NCBI GenBank assembly: GCA_040388155.1 | Contig: JAZKCJ010000009.1 | Location: 202,028 to 266,027, forward strand | Length of the DNA stretch: 64,000 nt | From: Pseudomonadota bacterium | GTDB taxonomy: Bacteria > Pseudomonadota > Alphaproteobacteria > Sphingomonadales > Sphingomonadaceae | Reading direction: 5' to 3' | Part shown: one piece after another, positions 30,475 through 40,673 of the stretch | How the letters are laid out: every line of letters begins with the position of its first letter | Numbering within the stretch: position 1 is the first letter of the stretch | Notes under the pieces: generated by a model | Told to the model about the DNA's origin: nothing | What the model saw: the letters and a program-made list of their open reading frames with translations, nothing else | Databases searched by the model: none | Position numbers and translations under genes: made by a program

Positions 30475-33141
30475 ATGACGCAGTACGTTTACCGCTTCGG
30501 CGGGGGTGTTTCCGATGGCGGCAAGGGCGACCGCAATCTGCTCGGCGGCAAGGGTGCCAACCTTGCGGAAATGGCCTCGATCGGCCTGCCGGTGCCGCCG
30601 GGCTTCACCATCTCCACCGAGTTCTGCGCCGTCTATTATGACGAGGGTGGCCAGTTCCCCGAGGGACTGCGCGCCGAAGTTGCCACCGGCATCGCCCATA
30701 TCGAGGGCGTCACGGCCAAGAAGTTCGGTGACGCGGCCGATCCTCTGCTTGTCTCGGTCCGCTCGGGCGCCCGCGCCTCGATGCCGGGCATGATGGATAC
30801 TGTGCTTAACCTCGGCCTCAATGACGAGACGGTGCAGGGCCTTGCCGCAACTTCGGGCGACGCGCGTTTCGCGTGGGACAGCTATCGCCGTTTCATCCAG
30901 ATGTATTCCGACGTCGTCCTCGAGCTCGATCATCACAGCTTCGAGGAAGCTCTTGAGATTGCAAAGGAAGACAAGGGCTATTTCCTCGACACCGACATGA
31001 CCGCGGAGGATCTCCAGGCGCTGGTGGTCGAGTACAAGGCGCTGGTCGACCAGCAATGGGGCAAGCCCTTCCCGCAGGACGTGCACGACCAGCTCTGGGG
31101 CGCGGTTGGCGCCGTGTTCGGCTCGTGGCAGTCGGAGCGCGCCAAGGTCTATCGCCGCCTCAACGACATCCCGGCGAGCTGGGGTACGGCGGTCAACGTC
31201 CAGGCGATGGTCTTCGGCAACATGGGCGAGACCTCGGCGACGGGCGTCGCCTTCACCCGCGATCCGGCCAAGGGCGACCGGGCCTATTATGGCGAATTCT
31301 TGATCAACGCACAGGGCGAGGACGTCGTCGCCGGTATCCGCACTCCGCAATATCTGACCAGGGCTGCCCGCGAGGCAGCCGGCGCCAAGCCGGCCTCGAT
31401 GGAAGAGGCGATGCCGGAGACCTTCATCGAGCTGGCCAAGGTGTTCGACCTGCTCGAGACCCACTATCGCGACATGCAGGACATCGAGTTCACGGTGCAG
31501 CAGGGCAAGCTCTGGATGCTCCAGACCCGGTCGGGCAAGCGCACCGCCAAGGCAGCGCTCAAGATCGCGGTCGACATGGCCGAGGAAGGGCTGATCACCC
31601 GCGAGGAGGCCGTCGCCCGCGTCGATCCCGCCGCGCTCGACCAGCTTCTTCACCCGACGCTCGATCCTGCCGCGACGCGCGACGTGATCGCCAAGGGCCT
31701 GCCGGCCAGCCCCGGTGCTGCTTCCGGTGCGGCCGTGTTCGACAGCGATACCGCCGAGAAGCGCTCGAATGCCGGCGACAGCGTCATCCTGATCCGGGTC
31801 GAAACCTCGCCTGAGGACATTCACGGCATGCACGCCGCGCGGGGCATCCTGACGGCGCGTGGCGGCATGACCAGCCACGCCGCGGTCGTCGCGCGCGGCA
31901 TGGGGCGCCCCTGCGTCTCCGGCGCCGGGTCGATCGCGATCGATGCCAAGGAACGCGTGATGCGCGTCGGCGGGCGCGAGGTGAAGGAAGGCGATATCGT
32001 CACGATCGACGGGTCGACCGGCGAAGTGATGATGGGCGCCGTGCCGACCGTCCAGCCCGAACTGGCCGGCGATTTCGGCACGCTGATGGTCTGGGCCGAT
32101 GGCGTGCGCCGCCTCAAGGTCCGCGCCAATGCGGAGACGCCACTCGACGCAAGGGTCGCGCGCGAGTTCGGCGCGGAGGGCATCGGCCTCTGCCGTACAG
32201 AGCATATGTTCTTCGATGCCGCCCGCATCACCGCGGTGCGCCAGATGATCCTGGCCGAGGACGAGAAGGGGAGGCGAGTCGCGCTCGACCGGCTGCTGCC
32301 CGAACAGCGCGCCGATTTCATCCAGCTCTTCGAGGTGATGGCCGGTCTGCCGGTGACCATCCGCCTGCTCGATCCGCCGCTCCACGAATTCCTGCCGCAC
32401 GAGGAGACCGAATTCGCCGAGGTCGCCAGCGCGGCGGGCGTGGCGGTCGAGGTGCTGAAGCGCCGCGCGGCGGAACTGCACGAGTTCAACCCGATGCTCG
32501 GTCATCGGGGGTGCCGCCTCGGCGTGACCTATCCCGAGATCTACGAGATGCAGGCCCGTGCCATCTTCGAGGCGGCGGTCGCCGTGGCGGAAAAATCGGG
32601 TGCGGCACCGATCCCCGAGGTGATGATCCCGCTGGTCGCGACGCGTCGCGAGCTCGAACTGATGAAGGCAGTGGTCGACAAGGCCGCCGCAGCGGTATTC
32701 GCCGACAAGGGCAGGACGATCGAGTATCTCGTCGGAACGATGATCGAACTGCCCCGCGCTGCGCTGAAGGCGGGCGAGATCGCCGAGGTCGGCGCCTTCT
32801 TCTCCTTCGGTACCAACGACCTGACGCAGACGACGTTGGGTGTCAGCCGCGACGATGCCGCGCGTTTTCTCACCACCTATGTCGAGCGCGGCATTTACCC
32901 GAAGGACCCGTTCGTCAGTCTCGATATCGAGGGTGTGGGCGAACTGATCGAGCTGGCCGCCGAACGGGGTAGGGCGACCCGCCCCGACATCAAGCTCGGC
33001 ATTTGCGGCGAGCATGGCGGCGATCCGGCAAGCATCGCCTTCTGCGAGAAGATCGGCCTCGATTATGTCAGCGCCTCGCCGTACCGCGTCCCGATCGCGC
33101 GGCTGGCGGCAGCGCAGGCGGCGTTGGCGGTGAAAAGCTGA
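30475..33141 (+). CDS. ppdK: pyruvate, phosphate dikinase
   Basis: 888-aa product with the GGMTSHAAVVARG phosphohistidine motif. Confidence 0.95.
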   Translation: MTQYVYRFGGGVSDGGKGDRNLLGGKGANLAEMASIGLPVPPGFTISTEFCAVYYDEGGQFPEGLRAEVATGIAHIEGVTAKKFGDAADPLLVSVRSGARASMPGMMDTVLNLGLNDETVQGLAATSGDARFAWDSYRRFIQMYSDVVLELDHHSFEEALEIAKEDKGYFLDTDMTAEDLQALVVEYKALVDQQWGKPFPQDVHDQLWGAVGAVFGSWQSERAKVYRRLNDIPASWGTAVNVQAMVFGNMGETSATGVAFTRDPAKGDRAYYGEFLINAQGEDVVAGIRTPQYLTRAAREAAGAKPASMEEAMPETFIELAKVFDLLETHYRDMQDIEFTVQQGKLWMLQTRSGKRTAKAALKIAVDMAEEGLITREEAVARVDPAALDQLLHPTLDPAATRDVIAKGLPASPGAASGAAVFDSDTAEKRSNAGDSVILIRVETSPEDIHGMHAARGILTARGGMTSHAAVVARGMGRPCVSGAGSIAIDAKERVMRVGGREVKEGDIVTIDGSTGEVMMGAVPTVQPELAGDFGTLMVWADGVRRLKVRANAETPLDARVAREFGAEGIGLCRTEHMFFDAARITAVRQMILAEDEKGRRVALDRLLPEQRADFIQLFEVMAGLPVTIRLLDPPLHEFLPHEETEFAEVASAAGVAVEVLKRRAAELHEFNPMLGHRGCRLGVTYPEIYEMQARAIFEAAVAVAEKSGAAPIPEVMIPLVATRRELELMKAVVDKAAAAVFADKGRTIEYLVGTMIELPRAALKAGEIAEVGAFFSFGTNDLTQTTLGVSRDDAARFLTTYVERGIYPKDPFVSLDIEGVGELIELAAERGRATRPDIKLGICGEHGGDPASIAFCEKIGLDYVSASPYRVPIARLAAAQAALAVKS

Positions 33142-33168
33142 TTTCGCCGCCCAGGCGGCATACTGCTA

Positions 33169-33207
33169 CTTCCCCGGTCCGAACGCCTCGGCCGGGGAAG
33201 GACTTTT
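33169..33207 (+). terminator. rho-independent terminator after ppdK
   Basis: CTTCCCCGG ... CCGGGGAAG stem followed by GACTTTT. Confidence 0.75.
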
Positions 33208-33298
33208 CGCATCAGCGCCCCAAAAAGCATTGCGGATCGAAACCGATCTTTGCTTCCCGGCAAAAAATCGAATATCGGGTATCGTGGGAGAGCGATAC

Positions 33299-34795
33299 AT
33301 GGGCGTTGAACATTTCGATGTGGTCGTGGTGGGTGCCGGCATTTCCGGTATTGGCGCAGGCTATCACCTGCAGAAGCTGAGCCCCGATCGCAGCTATGTG
33401 ATTCTGGAGGGCCGTGAGGCGCTGGGCGGGACCTGGGACCTGTTCCGCTATCCCGGCATCCGTTCCGATTCCGACATGTATACCCTGGGCTATTCCTTCC
33501 GCCCCTGGACCGAGGCGAAGGCGATCGCCGATGGACCCTCGATCCTGAAGTATGTGAACGACACCGCGCGAGAGGCGGGGATCGACCAGCGCATCCGGTA
33601 TCGTCATCATGTGAAGCGGGCGGCCTGGTCGACGCCTGACGCGCGCTGGACGGTCGAGGCGGACGGGCCGGATGGTCCGGTTCAATTCACCTGCAATTTC
33701 CTCTTCATGTGCAGCGGCTATTATAATTATGCCCGCGGCCATACGCCCGATTTCCCCGGCGCCGAAGACTTTGCCGGCCGCATCGTCCATCCACAATTCT
33801 GGCCCGAGAATCTCGACTATACCGGCAAGAATGTCGTGGTGATTGGCAGTGGTGCAACCGCGGTGACGCTCGTGCCCGCGATGGCCGAGAAGGCCGCGCA
33901 TGTGACGATGCTGCAGCGATCGCCCACCTATGTCGTGTCGCGTCCGGCCGAGGATAATTTCGCCAACTGGCTGCGCCGCAAGCTGCCGGCGATGACCGCC
34001 TATGGCATCACGCGGTGGCGCAACGTGCTGTTCCAGATGTTCTTCTACAATCTGGCGCGCAAGCGGCCGGAAAAGACCAAGGCGCGGCTGCTCGAGATGG
34101 TCCGGACCGAACTGGGACCTGATTACGACATCGCCACCCATTTCACGCCGCGCTACAATCCCTGGGACCAGCGCCTGTGCCTGGTACCCGACGGCGATCT
34201 GTTCGCCTCGCTCAAGAAGGGGGAGGCCTCGGTCGTCACGGATACGATCGAACGCTTCACACCCGGCGGGATCAGGCTTGCCTCGGGCGCCGACCTTGCC
34301 GCCGACGTGGTCGTTACCGCGACCGGGCTTGAACTGCAGCTGCTGAGCGACGTCGTGTTCAGTGTCGACGGCGCGCCGGTCGACCTGTCGAAGACGTTCA
34401 ACTACAAGGGCATGATGTACAGCGACGTGCCGAACATGGCGTCGTCCTTCGGCTATACCAACGCGTCCTGGACACTGAAGGCCGATCTCACCTGCGCTTA
34501 TGTCTGTCGGTTGCTCAACACGATGAAGAAGCGTGGTCTTCGCCAGGCGACGCCGCGGATCGGCGACGACGTGCTCACGCCCGAACCGTTCCTGAGCTTC
34601 ACCTCCGGATATGTGACCCGGGCGATGGAGAAATTCCCGAAACAGGGCAACAAGAAGCCCTGGAAGCTCCATCAGAACTACGCGAAGGACATTGTCTCGC
34701 TGCGGTTCGGTTCAGTCGATGACGGGATGGAGTTCTCCAACCCGGTGCCGCGCCGTCAGGCGGCCGAACCTGCCCGAGAGCCGGTCACAGCCTGA
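33299..34795 (+). CDS. flavin-containing (Baeyer-Villiger type) monooxygenase
   Basis: GAGISG FAD motif, FAGRIVHPQFWP fingerprint and a second GSGATA dinucleotide motif. ATG 33299 follows GGGAGAG. Confidence 0.85.
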   Translation: MGVEHFDVVVVGAGISGIGAGYHLQKLSPDRSYVILEGREALGGTWDLFRYPGIRSDSDMYTLGYSFRPWTEAKAIADGPSILKYVNDTAREAGIDQRIRYRHHVKRAAWSTPDARWTVEADGPDGPVQFTCNFLFMCSGYYNYARGHTPDFPGAEDFAGRIVHPQFWPENLDYTGKNVVVIGSGATAVTLVPAMAEKAAHVTMLQRSPTYVVSRPAEDNFANWLRRKLPAMTAYGITRWRNVLFQMFFYNLARKRPEKTKARLLEMVRTELGPDYDIATHFTPRYNPWDQRLCLVPDGDLFASLKKGEASVVTDTIERFTPGGIRLASGADLAADVVVTATGLELQLLSDVVFSVDGAPVDLSKTFNYKGMMYSDVPNMASSFGYTNASWTLKADLTCAYVCRLLNTMKKRGLRQATPRIGDDVLTPEPFLSFTSGYVTRAMEKFPKQGNKKPWKLHQNYAKDIVSLRFGSVDDGMEFSNPVPRRQAAEPAREPVTA

Positions 34796-35498
34796 ATCAT
34801 TCAAATAGACTGGCGGGATACGGGCGTTCGATACGACCCCGTACCCTGCCGCGAATCTGCGATGGCGTTGGGGCGCGGTGTCATGTCCCGCGATGTCTCG
34901 CGTATCAAAATTTTCTGGAAATTTCCGGATGTGCTCCCGGTGGAAACGCCGCCAATTTGGAGCAATCTGAGAAAATAATTTACCGAAATCGGTAAGTCCC
35001 GAATCGGGACTGCATGGCTGACCGCGGCTTTCGTGCCTTCGGGCGATCCGCGTTGCGTGCCTGAGAAAAGGGTTTCGGTCGTATCGACCCGATCCCCAGC
35101 CAACCCTCTATAAAGACAGGTTATTTCGGCCGGGTATCGGGTCGATGGACTGGTTTACCAGGGACGGATGCCCTCGCCGTAGATCAGCGCGATAATGAAC
35201 TTAAGCACTTGCTTTCTCCCTTGTGCACTCAGGCGAGCGCGTGAATTTCTTAACGGAAAATTAGGGATAAAGCAATCGGATTCCCGTGGGTTTCCGCGCC
35301 GGCCGCAGGAGGTTTAAGAGTTCCTTCAGCGGTCCGCTGCTACCGCTCACAACGATGGCGCGCGCTTCAGGTAGATATAGCCCGACAGGGGGACCCAGGG
35401 GTCGCGGTACGCGGCGGCTGATGTCCGCTGCCCTTCGCCACCGCGCGGGCGAGGAAAGCGGTGTCGGTGCGCCGCGTGCGGAAGCCCCGCCGGGCGGT

Positions 35499-36827
35499 AT
35501 GAGCGGATTCGAGAAACATCGGCGGCAATTGCTCGACCGAGCCGCCATGGCGCTCGACGGACCGGACGAGACGCTGCCGCCCCTGCCCAAGGCGTGGCAG
35601 TTCCTCTGTCTTGCCGAAATCGCGAATTTCGCGGCATTGCGCCGCCACCTCGGGCGCTCGCGGGCCGACCGGTTGCCGATCGATGTCAGCGATCGGATAG
35701 ACGCGAGCCTGGCTGACGCCCGCATCTCAGTGGTCGGGCGCAATATCGTGGAGATCGCGTTCGAGGGCGATTCGCTGACTGACCTTGCTGCTGCACTGGG
35801 CTGTCTGACTGCGGATTTCGATCTGCCGCTCGATCTGGACGGGGAGCAGCATCGGCTCAATATGCACTTTGGCGCCGCTGCCGCGCCGGTCGGCAATGCT
35901 GAAGACGTGCGGCTCGCCGAAGAGGCAGAGAGTGCGCTTGAGCAGGCCCGCAGCGAGGCGCATGCCGTCATCCGGGATCTCTCCGCGGGCACGCCGGCCT
36001 TCGATCGGCTGACCCTGACCCGCGAACTGCCCGGCGCGATCAAGAACGGGGAGATGTTCCTTCAATATCAGCCAAAGGTGCATGTCCGCCGTCAGGAGAT
36101 TGCGAGCGCCGAGGCGCTGGTGCGGTGGCAGCATCCGACGCGCGGGCTGATCCTCCCGGGCGATTTCATTACCGTGGCGGAAGAAGCCCGCGAGATCTCC
36201 GCGCTCACTCTCTGGACGCTCGACCAGGTGATCGCCGACCAGAGGCTGCTCGCGACCGACGGCAACGATCTGACCATCTTCATCAATATCTCGGGCCAGT
36301 TGCTCGCCGATGTGCGCTTTGTGAAGCTCGCCTGCGCCAAGGTACGCGAAAGCGGTGCGCGGATCGGGTTCGAGATCACCGAAACCTCAGTGATCCGCGA
36401 TCCGCAAAGCGCGATCTTCAATCTGCAGGCGTTTGCCGATGTCGGGATCACCATCGCGATCGACGACTACGGTGCCGGCCTGTCGTCGCTGGCCTATCTG
36501 AAGCAGCTCCCCGCCAAGGAACTGAAGATCGACAAGATGTTCGTGCTGCAGCTCACCAGCAGCAATCGCGATCCGTTGATCGTGCGGTCCACCATCGATC
36601 TGGCGCATGCGCTGGAGATGGAAGTGACGGCGGAAGGGGTCGAGACACAGGCGGCGATGGCGCTGCTGAGCGTGATGGGATGCGACATGGTGCAGGGATA
36701 TCTGATCAGCCGGCCGGTCTCGATCGACGCGTTCCGCCAGTTCCTGCGCGACGACAAGGCGCGCACCCCGGAAGACCCGGGCCATGCGATGTTCCGCCGC
36801 CCGGCAAGCTTCTGGAAGAGCGCCTGA
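35499..36827 (+). CDS. EAL-domain c-di-GMP phosphodiesterase with degenerate GGDEF-like N-terminal region
   Basis: EALVRW, EITE, DDYGAG and EGVE motifs. Start taken at ATG 35499; the ORF is open from 35286. Confidence 0.8.
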   Translation: MSGFEKHRRQLLDRAAMALDGPDETLPPLPKAWQFLCLAEIANFAALRRHLGRSRADRLPIDVSDRIDASLADARISVVGRNIVEIAFEGDSLTDLAAALGCLTADFDLPLDLDGEQHRLNMHFGAAAAPVGNAEDVRLAEEAESALEQARSEAHAVIRDLSAGTPAFDRLTLTRELPGAIKNGEMFLQYQPKVHVRRQEIASAEALVRWQHPTRGLILPGDFITVAEEAREISALTLWTLDQVIADQRLLATDGNDLTIFINISGQLLADVRFVKLACAKVRESGARIGFEITETSVIRDPQSAIFNLQAFADVGITIAIDDYGAGLSSLAYLKQLPAKELKIDKMFVLQLTSSNRDPLIVRSTIDLAHALEMEVTAEGVETQAAMALLSVMGCDMVQGYLISRPVSIDAFRQFLRDDKARTPEDPGHAMFRRPASFWKSA

Positions 36828-36864
36828 GCGCGACATCGACGCAATCCCTTAGCGCGTATTTAAC

Positions 36865-39375
36865 ATGTCCCGTTCAAACTGCCCCGCGATGATGGGGTTC
36901 ACTCTTCGCACCTTGATGGCGGCTGCGCTGATCGCGCTGGCGATGGCGGGCGTGAATGCCCCGGCGCGGGCGCAGGTGGCAGCGCCGGTGATGGACGGAG
37001 GGAGCCGCTTCGACGCAATGGTGGCCGACGCCAAGGCGATGATGCTCGTCGATCCGGGCAAGACGATCGAAAAGGCCAAGGCTGCAGAGGGGGAGGCCCG
37101 GACATTGCACGGCCGCCGGCGGATCATTGCCGTTGCGACCGCCCAATGGCTTCAGGGCGAGGCCTATCTTCGCCTGAACGACCTCGGTCACGCCCAGCCC
37201 CTGATCGATCGCGCTTATGGGGCGGTTGCAGGCGGTGGGGCGCCGACCAAGCTCAAGGGCGATATCCTGCTGTCACGCGGTGGCCTGCATACCGCCAAGG
37301 CCGATGTCGCGGCCGCGCTCTCCGATTACCAGGCGGCGCATGCGGTGTTCCGCGATCTCGGCGAGACGCGCAGTCGAGCGGTGGCGCTGCTGAGCATCGC
37401 GCTCCTGTACCAGGAGGCGAAGGACTATGCGAACGGACTGCGCTATTCGAGCCAGGCGATGGAGGTCTATCGCGGTGACCCGTCATTGCTGCTTGCCATC
37501 TATAATAATCGTGGCGTGTGCCTGAAGGAGCTCGACCGTTTCGCCGGGGCGGAGAAGCAATTCAACGAGGCACTGGCGCTCGCGCGGACGATGAAGAGCC
37601 CCGGTCGGGAAGTGCAGATCCTGCGTAACATCGCCCGAGCGCAGCTCGCCACCGGCAAGCTTGCCGCCGCGGACCAGACCATCGCCGACGTGGCGCGGGT
37701 CTCGCGCGCGGCGGGTATGCCGACGGACAGCCAGGATCTGGGGCTGGCGGCACAAGCGGCGCTTCAGCACGGCGATCTCGCCCGTGCGACGGCATTGATC
37801 GAACGCAGCTTCGCCGGCGTCGACCTGCGCACGACCACGCTGGCGTTCCGTGAAGCTCACCAGACCGCCTATGACCTGTTCAAGAAGACGGGAAGGCAGG
37901 CGGAGGCACTTGTCCATCTCGAGGCGTTGAAGCGCCTCGACGACCAGACTTCGACGCTGGCCGCGTCCACCAATACGGCGCTTGCCGCTGCGCGCTTCGA
38001 TTTCGCCAATCAGGAACTGAAGATCACCAAGCTGCAGGCCGCCGAGGCCCAGCGCAAATACGAGGCAGAGCAGGCACGCGCCGAGACTCAGCGCGTCGTC
38101 TTCATCGGCGCGGGTGTGGCCACGCTGATCATCGTTTCGATGCTCGCCTTCGGCCTCGTCACGATCCGGCGCAGCCGCAATGAAGTACGCGCCGCGAATA
38201 TCGATCTCGCCGCGACCAACAGTGCCCTGGGCAAGGCGCTCGCCGCCAAGACCGAATTCCTTGCGACCACCAGCCATGAAATCCGCACGCCGCTGAACGG
38301 CATCCTCGGCATGACCCAGGTGATGCTGGCCGATCGCAAGCTTGACGAGCCGACCCGCGACCGGATCGAGGTGGTGCACGGTGCGGGGCTCAGCATGCGC
38401 GCGCTGGTCGACGACATTCTCGATGTCGCGAAGATGGAGACCGGCAATATGACGATCGAGCGCGAGCCGTTCGATCTGAAGGCGACGCTGCTCGAGGTCT
38501 CGCGCATGTGGGAAGAGCAGGCGCGGGGTAAGGGGATCGCCTTCGCGCTGGATCTCGCGGATTGTCCGGACCGGATCGAGGGCGATGCCGCCCGGTTGCG
38601 CCAGATTACCTTCAACCTCCTCTCCAATGCCCTGAAGTTCACTGAAAAGGGATCGGTGCGGGTGCGCGCCTTCGCCAGCGAGGATGCGGGCGGGCCGAGG
38701 TTGAAGATCGAGGTTGCTGACACCGGTATCGGCATTCCGGCGGACAAAAACGAGATCATCTTCGAATCCTTCCGCCAGGTCGATGCCGGGACAACGCGCA
38801 AGTTCGGCGGAACCGGGCTGGGGCTTGCGATCTGCCGCAACCTGGCGCGCGCGATGGATGGCGACGTGACTGTCCGCAGCCAGGTGGGCGAAGGATCAGT
38901 TTTCACCCTTGAATTGCCCCTGGTCCGTGCCGCGGCTGCTGAAGCGGTGGAGGAAGTGCGGGGAGCGGGGGCACTGATCATCCTCGACCGCAATCCCATC
39001 TCGCGCAGCATGTTGCGGGCCGTTCTTGAGGTCCGTGCAGGCAATGTGCTCTTTGCTGCCACGGTCGACGAGGCGGTCGCCCTGCTGGCTGCCGGCGGCG
39101 TATCCCGGTTGCTGATCGACGACGCGACGGTCAAGGCTGGCGAGGATATGCCCGCTGCACTCGCGACGCTGGCCGCCGCGGCAACTGACTCCGGGGCTGT
39201 TTCAGCGCTGCTCTGGCCCGCGCCGAGCGACGATCAGCGCACTGAATTTCTCACGGCTGGCATCGCTCTCGTGATTGCCAAGCCGATCGCCGGCACGGCG
39301 TTGGCCGAGACGCTTTTCCCATTGGACAAAAGCGACGCGGACAACGCCAGCCATCTTGTAACGCGCGCGGCATGA
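36865..39375 (+). CDS. hybrid sensor histidine kinase with periplasmic TPR-like domain and C-terminal receiver-like region
   Basis: Signal/TM segment, TPR-like repeats and a second TM. H-box SHEIRTPLNGI, N/G boxes (GTGLGL) and a receiver-like tail. Confidence 0.85.
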   Translation: MSRSNCPAMMGFTLRTLMAAALIALAMAGVNAPARAQVAAPVMDGGSRFDAMVADAKAMMLVDPGKTIEKAKAAEGEARTLHGRRRIIAVATAQWLQGEAYLRLNDLGHAQPLIDRAYGAVAGGGAPTKLKGDILLSRGGLHTAKADVAAALSDYQAAHAVFRDLGETRSRAVALLSIALLYQEAKDYANGLRYSSQAMEVYRGDPSLLLAIYNNRGVCLKELDRFAGAEKQFNEALALARTMKSPGREVQILRNIARAQLATGKLAAADQTIADVARVSRAAGMPTDSQDLGLAAQAALQHGDLARATALIERSFAGVDLRTTTLAFREAHQTAYDLFKKTGRQAEALVHLEALKRLDDQTSTLAASTNTALAAARFDFANQELKITKLQAAEAQRKYEAEQARAETQRVVFIGAGVATLIIVSMLAFGLVTIRRSRNEVRAANIDLAATNSALGKALAAKTEFLATTSHEIRTPLNGILGMTQVMLADRKLDEPTRDRIEVVHGAGLSMRALVDDILDVAKMETGNMTIEREPFDLKATLLEVSRMWEEQARGKGIAFALDLADCPDRIEGDAARLRQITFNLLSNALKFTEKGSVRVRAFASEDAGGPRLKIEVADTGIGIPADKNEIIFESFRQVDAGTTRKFGGTGLGLAICRNLARAMDGDVTVRSQVGEGSVFTLELPLVRAAAAEAVEEVRGAGALIILDRNPISRSMLRAVLEVRAGNVLFAATVDEAVALLAAGGVSRLLIDDATVKAGEDMPAALATLAAAATDSGAVSALLWPAPSDDQRTEFLTAGIALVIAKPIAGTALAETLFPLDKSDADNASHLVTRAA

Positions 39376-39441
39376 TCCGATAGAGACATCCGATATGGTT
39401 CCATTTCACCACCAAACGGCAAGCGCCCCGGCGTTCAAGCC

Positions 39442-39831
39442 ATGAACGTCCTCTTTATCGAGGATGATTCGATGAATCGGCGGGTCGTGAAGGACATGCT
39501 CGACGTGGCCGGGGCATCGATGGTCGGCGCCGAAAGCGGCGAGATCGGCCTGCAGATGATCGAGGATCAGGATTTCGACATGATCCTTGTCGACCTGCGC
39601 ATGCCCGGAATGGATGGGCTTGAGGCGATCCGGCATATTCGCGGCCGCGACGATGCCAAGGGCAAGCTGCCGATCATCGTGGTGACTGCTGATACCGCGA
39701 TCGACCTGCGCGAGCGCTGCCTGACGGAGGGAGCCGACGAGGTGCTGTTCAAGCCCGTCGCGATGGATTCGCTGTTCGACGCGATCGGACGGATGCTTGC
39801 CCGGGGTTCCGGCGACGGAATGATCGGCTAG
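39442..39831 (+). CDS. single-domain response regulator (CheY-like)
   Basis: 129-aa product with DMILVDLRMPGMDG and VVTAD motifs. Confidence 0.9.
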   Translation: MNVLFIEDDSMNRRVVKDMLDVAGASMVGAESGEIGLQMIEDQDFDMILVDLRMPGMDGLEAIRHIRGRDDAKGKLPIIVVTADTAIDLRERCLTEGADEVLFKPVAMDSLFDAIGRMLARGSGDGMIG

Positions 39832-40673
39832 TCGGTTTTGGGCGGCATGCGCTTGAGCGCATTCGCCAGCGATTCCGTGGCGCTGCCGCGCCGGGCCGGT
39901 TGCGGCTGGGACGGGGCAGGGGCCCAGCCTGTCAGGAAGATGATCTCGAAACGCTCCGATGTGCGACCGTCGGGGTCAGCCTGCGCCGCAAAGGCATCGG
40001 CGGCGCGGGCCAGCGTATCGCGGCGAAGCGGCGTGCGCCCGACCAGCAGGTTCGTTGCGGCCATGCCGCGCAGGTCGCCCAGCAGCCTGCCAAGGGTGCC
40101 GTAGCGCACGCTCAGCGATTCCACGTCGGCGACGGGCAGCGCGAAGCCTGCCCGGACCAGCAGATCGCCGGCGGATCGCACGTCGATCTGCGGATGGATG
40201 CGTGCGGCCGGCCGGTCGCGCTCCGCCTCGCGGAAGGCGGCGCGAAGGGTCGGGAGAGTCCCCGCGCCGGTAAAGGCAGCGAGGAACAGTCCGTCCGGTC
40301 GCAATGCGCGCCGGATCAGGGTCAGCGCGCCGGGCAGGTCGTTGACGCTGTCGAGCACGCCCGCCGAAACGACCAGATCGAAGGAAGCGTCGGCAAAGGG
40401 GAGCCGGTCCTCGTCGGCCTGCACGCCGTCTGCGGCACGAGCAAAGGCGAAACCGGCATCGCAGCGGACGACGTGCCTTCCAGCCGCCGGAAACGCTCCG
40501 TCGAAGCAGCCGAGATCAAGCACGTCATCGAAGTCGCGCGTCACCGCCGCAAGCCGTTCCTGGATGCCGTCGAGCATCGCCGCGCGAAGAAAGTCATATG
40601 CTGCGAAATCGGCGACGGCGCGGTCGCGGCGTCGGCGTCGTGCGGTCCGGTCGAAGATGTCAGGGATGCTCAC
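39828..40673 (-). CDS. class I SAM-dependent methyltransferase
   Basis: VLDLGCFDG SAM motif. Start taken at GTG 40673; the ORF is open to 40754. Confidence 0.75.
   Translation of the reverse strand: MSIPDIFDRTARRRRRDRAVADFAAYDFLRAAMLDGIQERLAAVTRDFDDVLDLGCFDGAFPAAGRHVVRCDAGFAFARAADGVQADEDRLPFADASFDLVVSAGVLDSVNDLPGALTLIRRALRPDGLFLAAFTGAGTLPTLRAAFREAERDRPAARIHPQIDVRSAGDLLVRAGFALPVADVESLSVRYGTLGRLLGDLRGMAATNLLVGRTPLRRDTLARAADAFAAQADPDGRTSERFEIIFLTGWAPAPSQPQPARRGSATESLANALKRMPPKTD

Noticed and set aside
28330-33015. 1561-aa ORF on the minus strand spanning glyS and ppdK
   Set aside because: It lies antisense to two unmistakable conserved genes. The sequence is Arg/Gly/Ala/Asp-rich with no recognisable domains. 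Long stop-free antisense frames are expected in high-GC DNA.
34883-34978. 31-codon ORF MSRDVSRIKIFWKFPDVLPVETPPIWSNLRK
   Set aside because: Weak RBS and near-background third-position GC, with nothing recognisable. The 18-codon ORF at 49764..49820 is rejected for the same reasons.
34796-35498. c-di-GMP (GEMM) riboswitch, tmRNA, SRP RNA or RNase P RNA in the long spacer
   Set aside because: I could not find the conserved cores (for example GCAAAGCC-type GEMM segments, GGAAGCAGCC of SRP, or GAGGAAAGUCCGG of RNase P).
35286-35498. N-terminal extensions of ORF-track entries (EAL 35286, queC 7456, queE 8201, comF 40198, grxC 41174, miaA to 62781, yceI to 57909, FAD subunit 50510)
   Set aside because: The extensions are Arg/Pro-rich and overlap upstream genes or intergenic repeats. 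Family N-termini and RBS positions support the internal starts that I reported.
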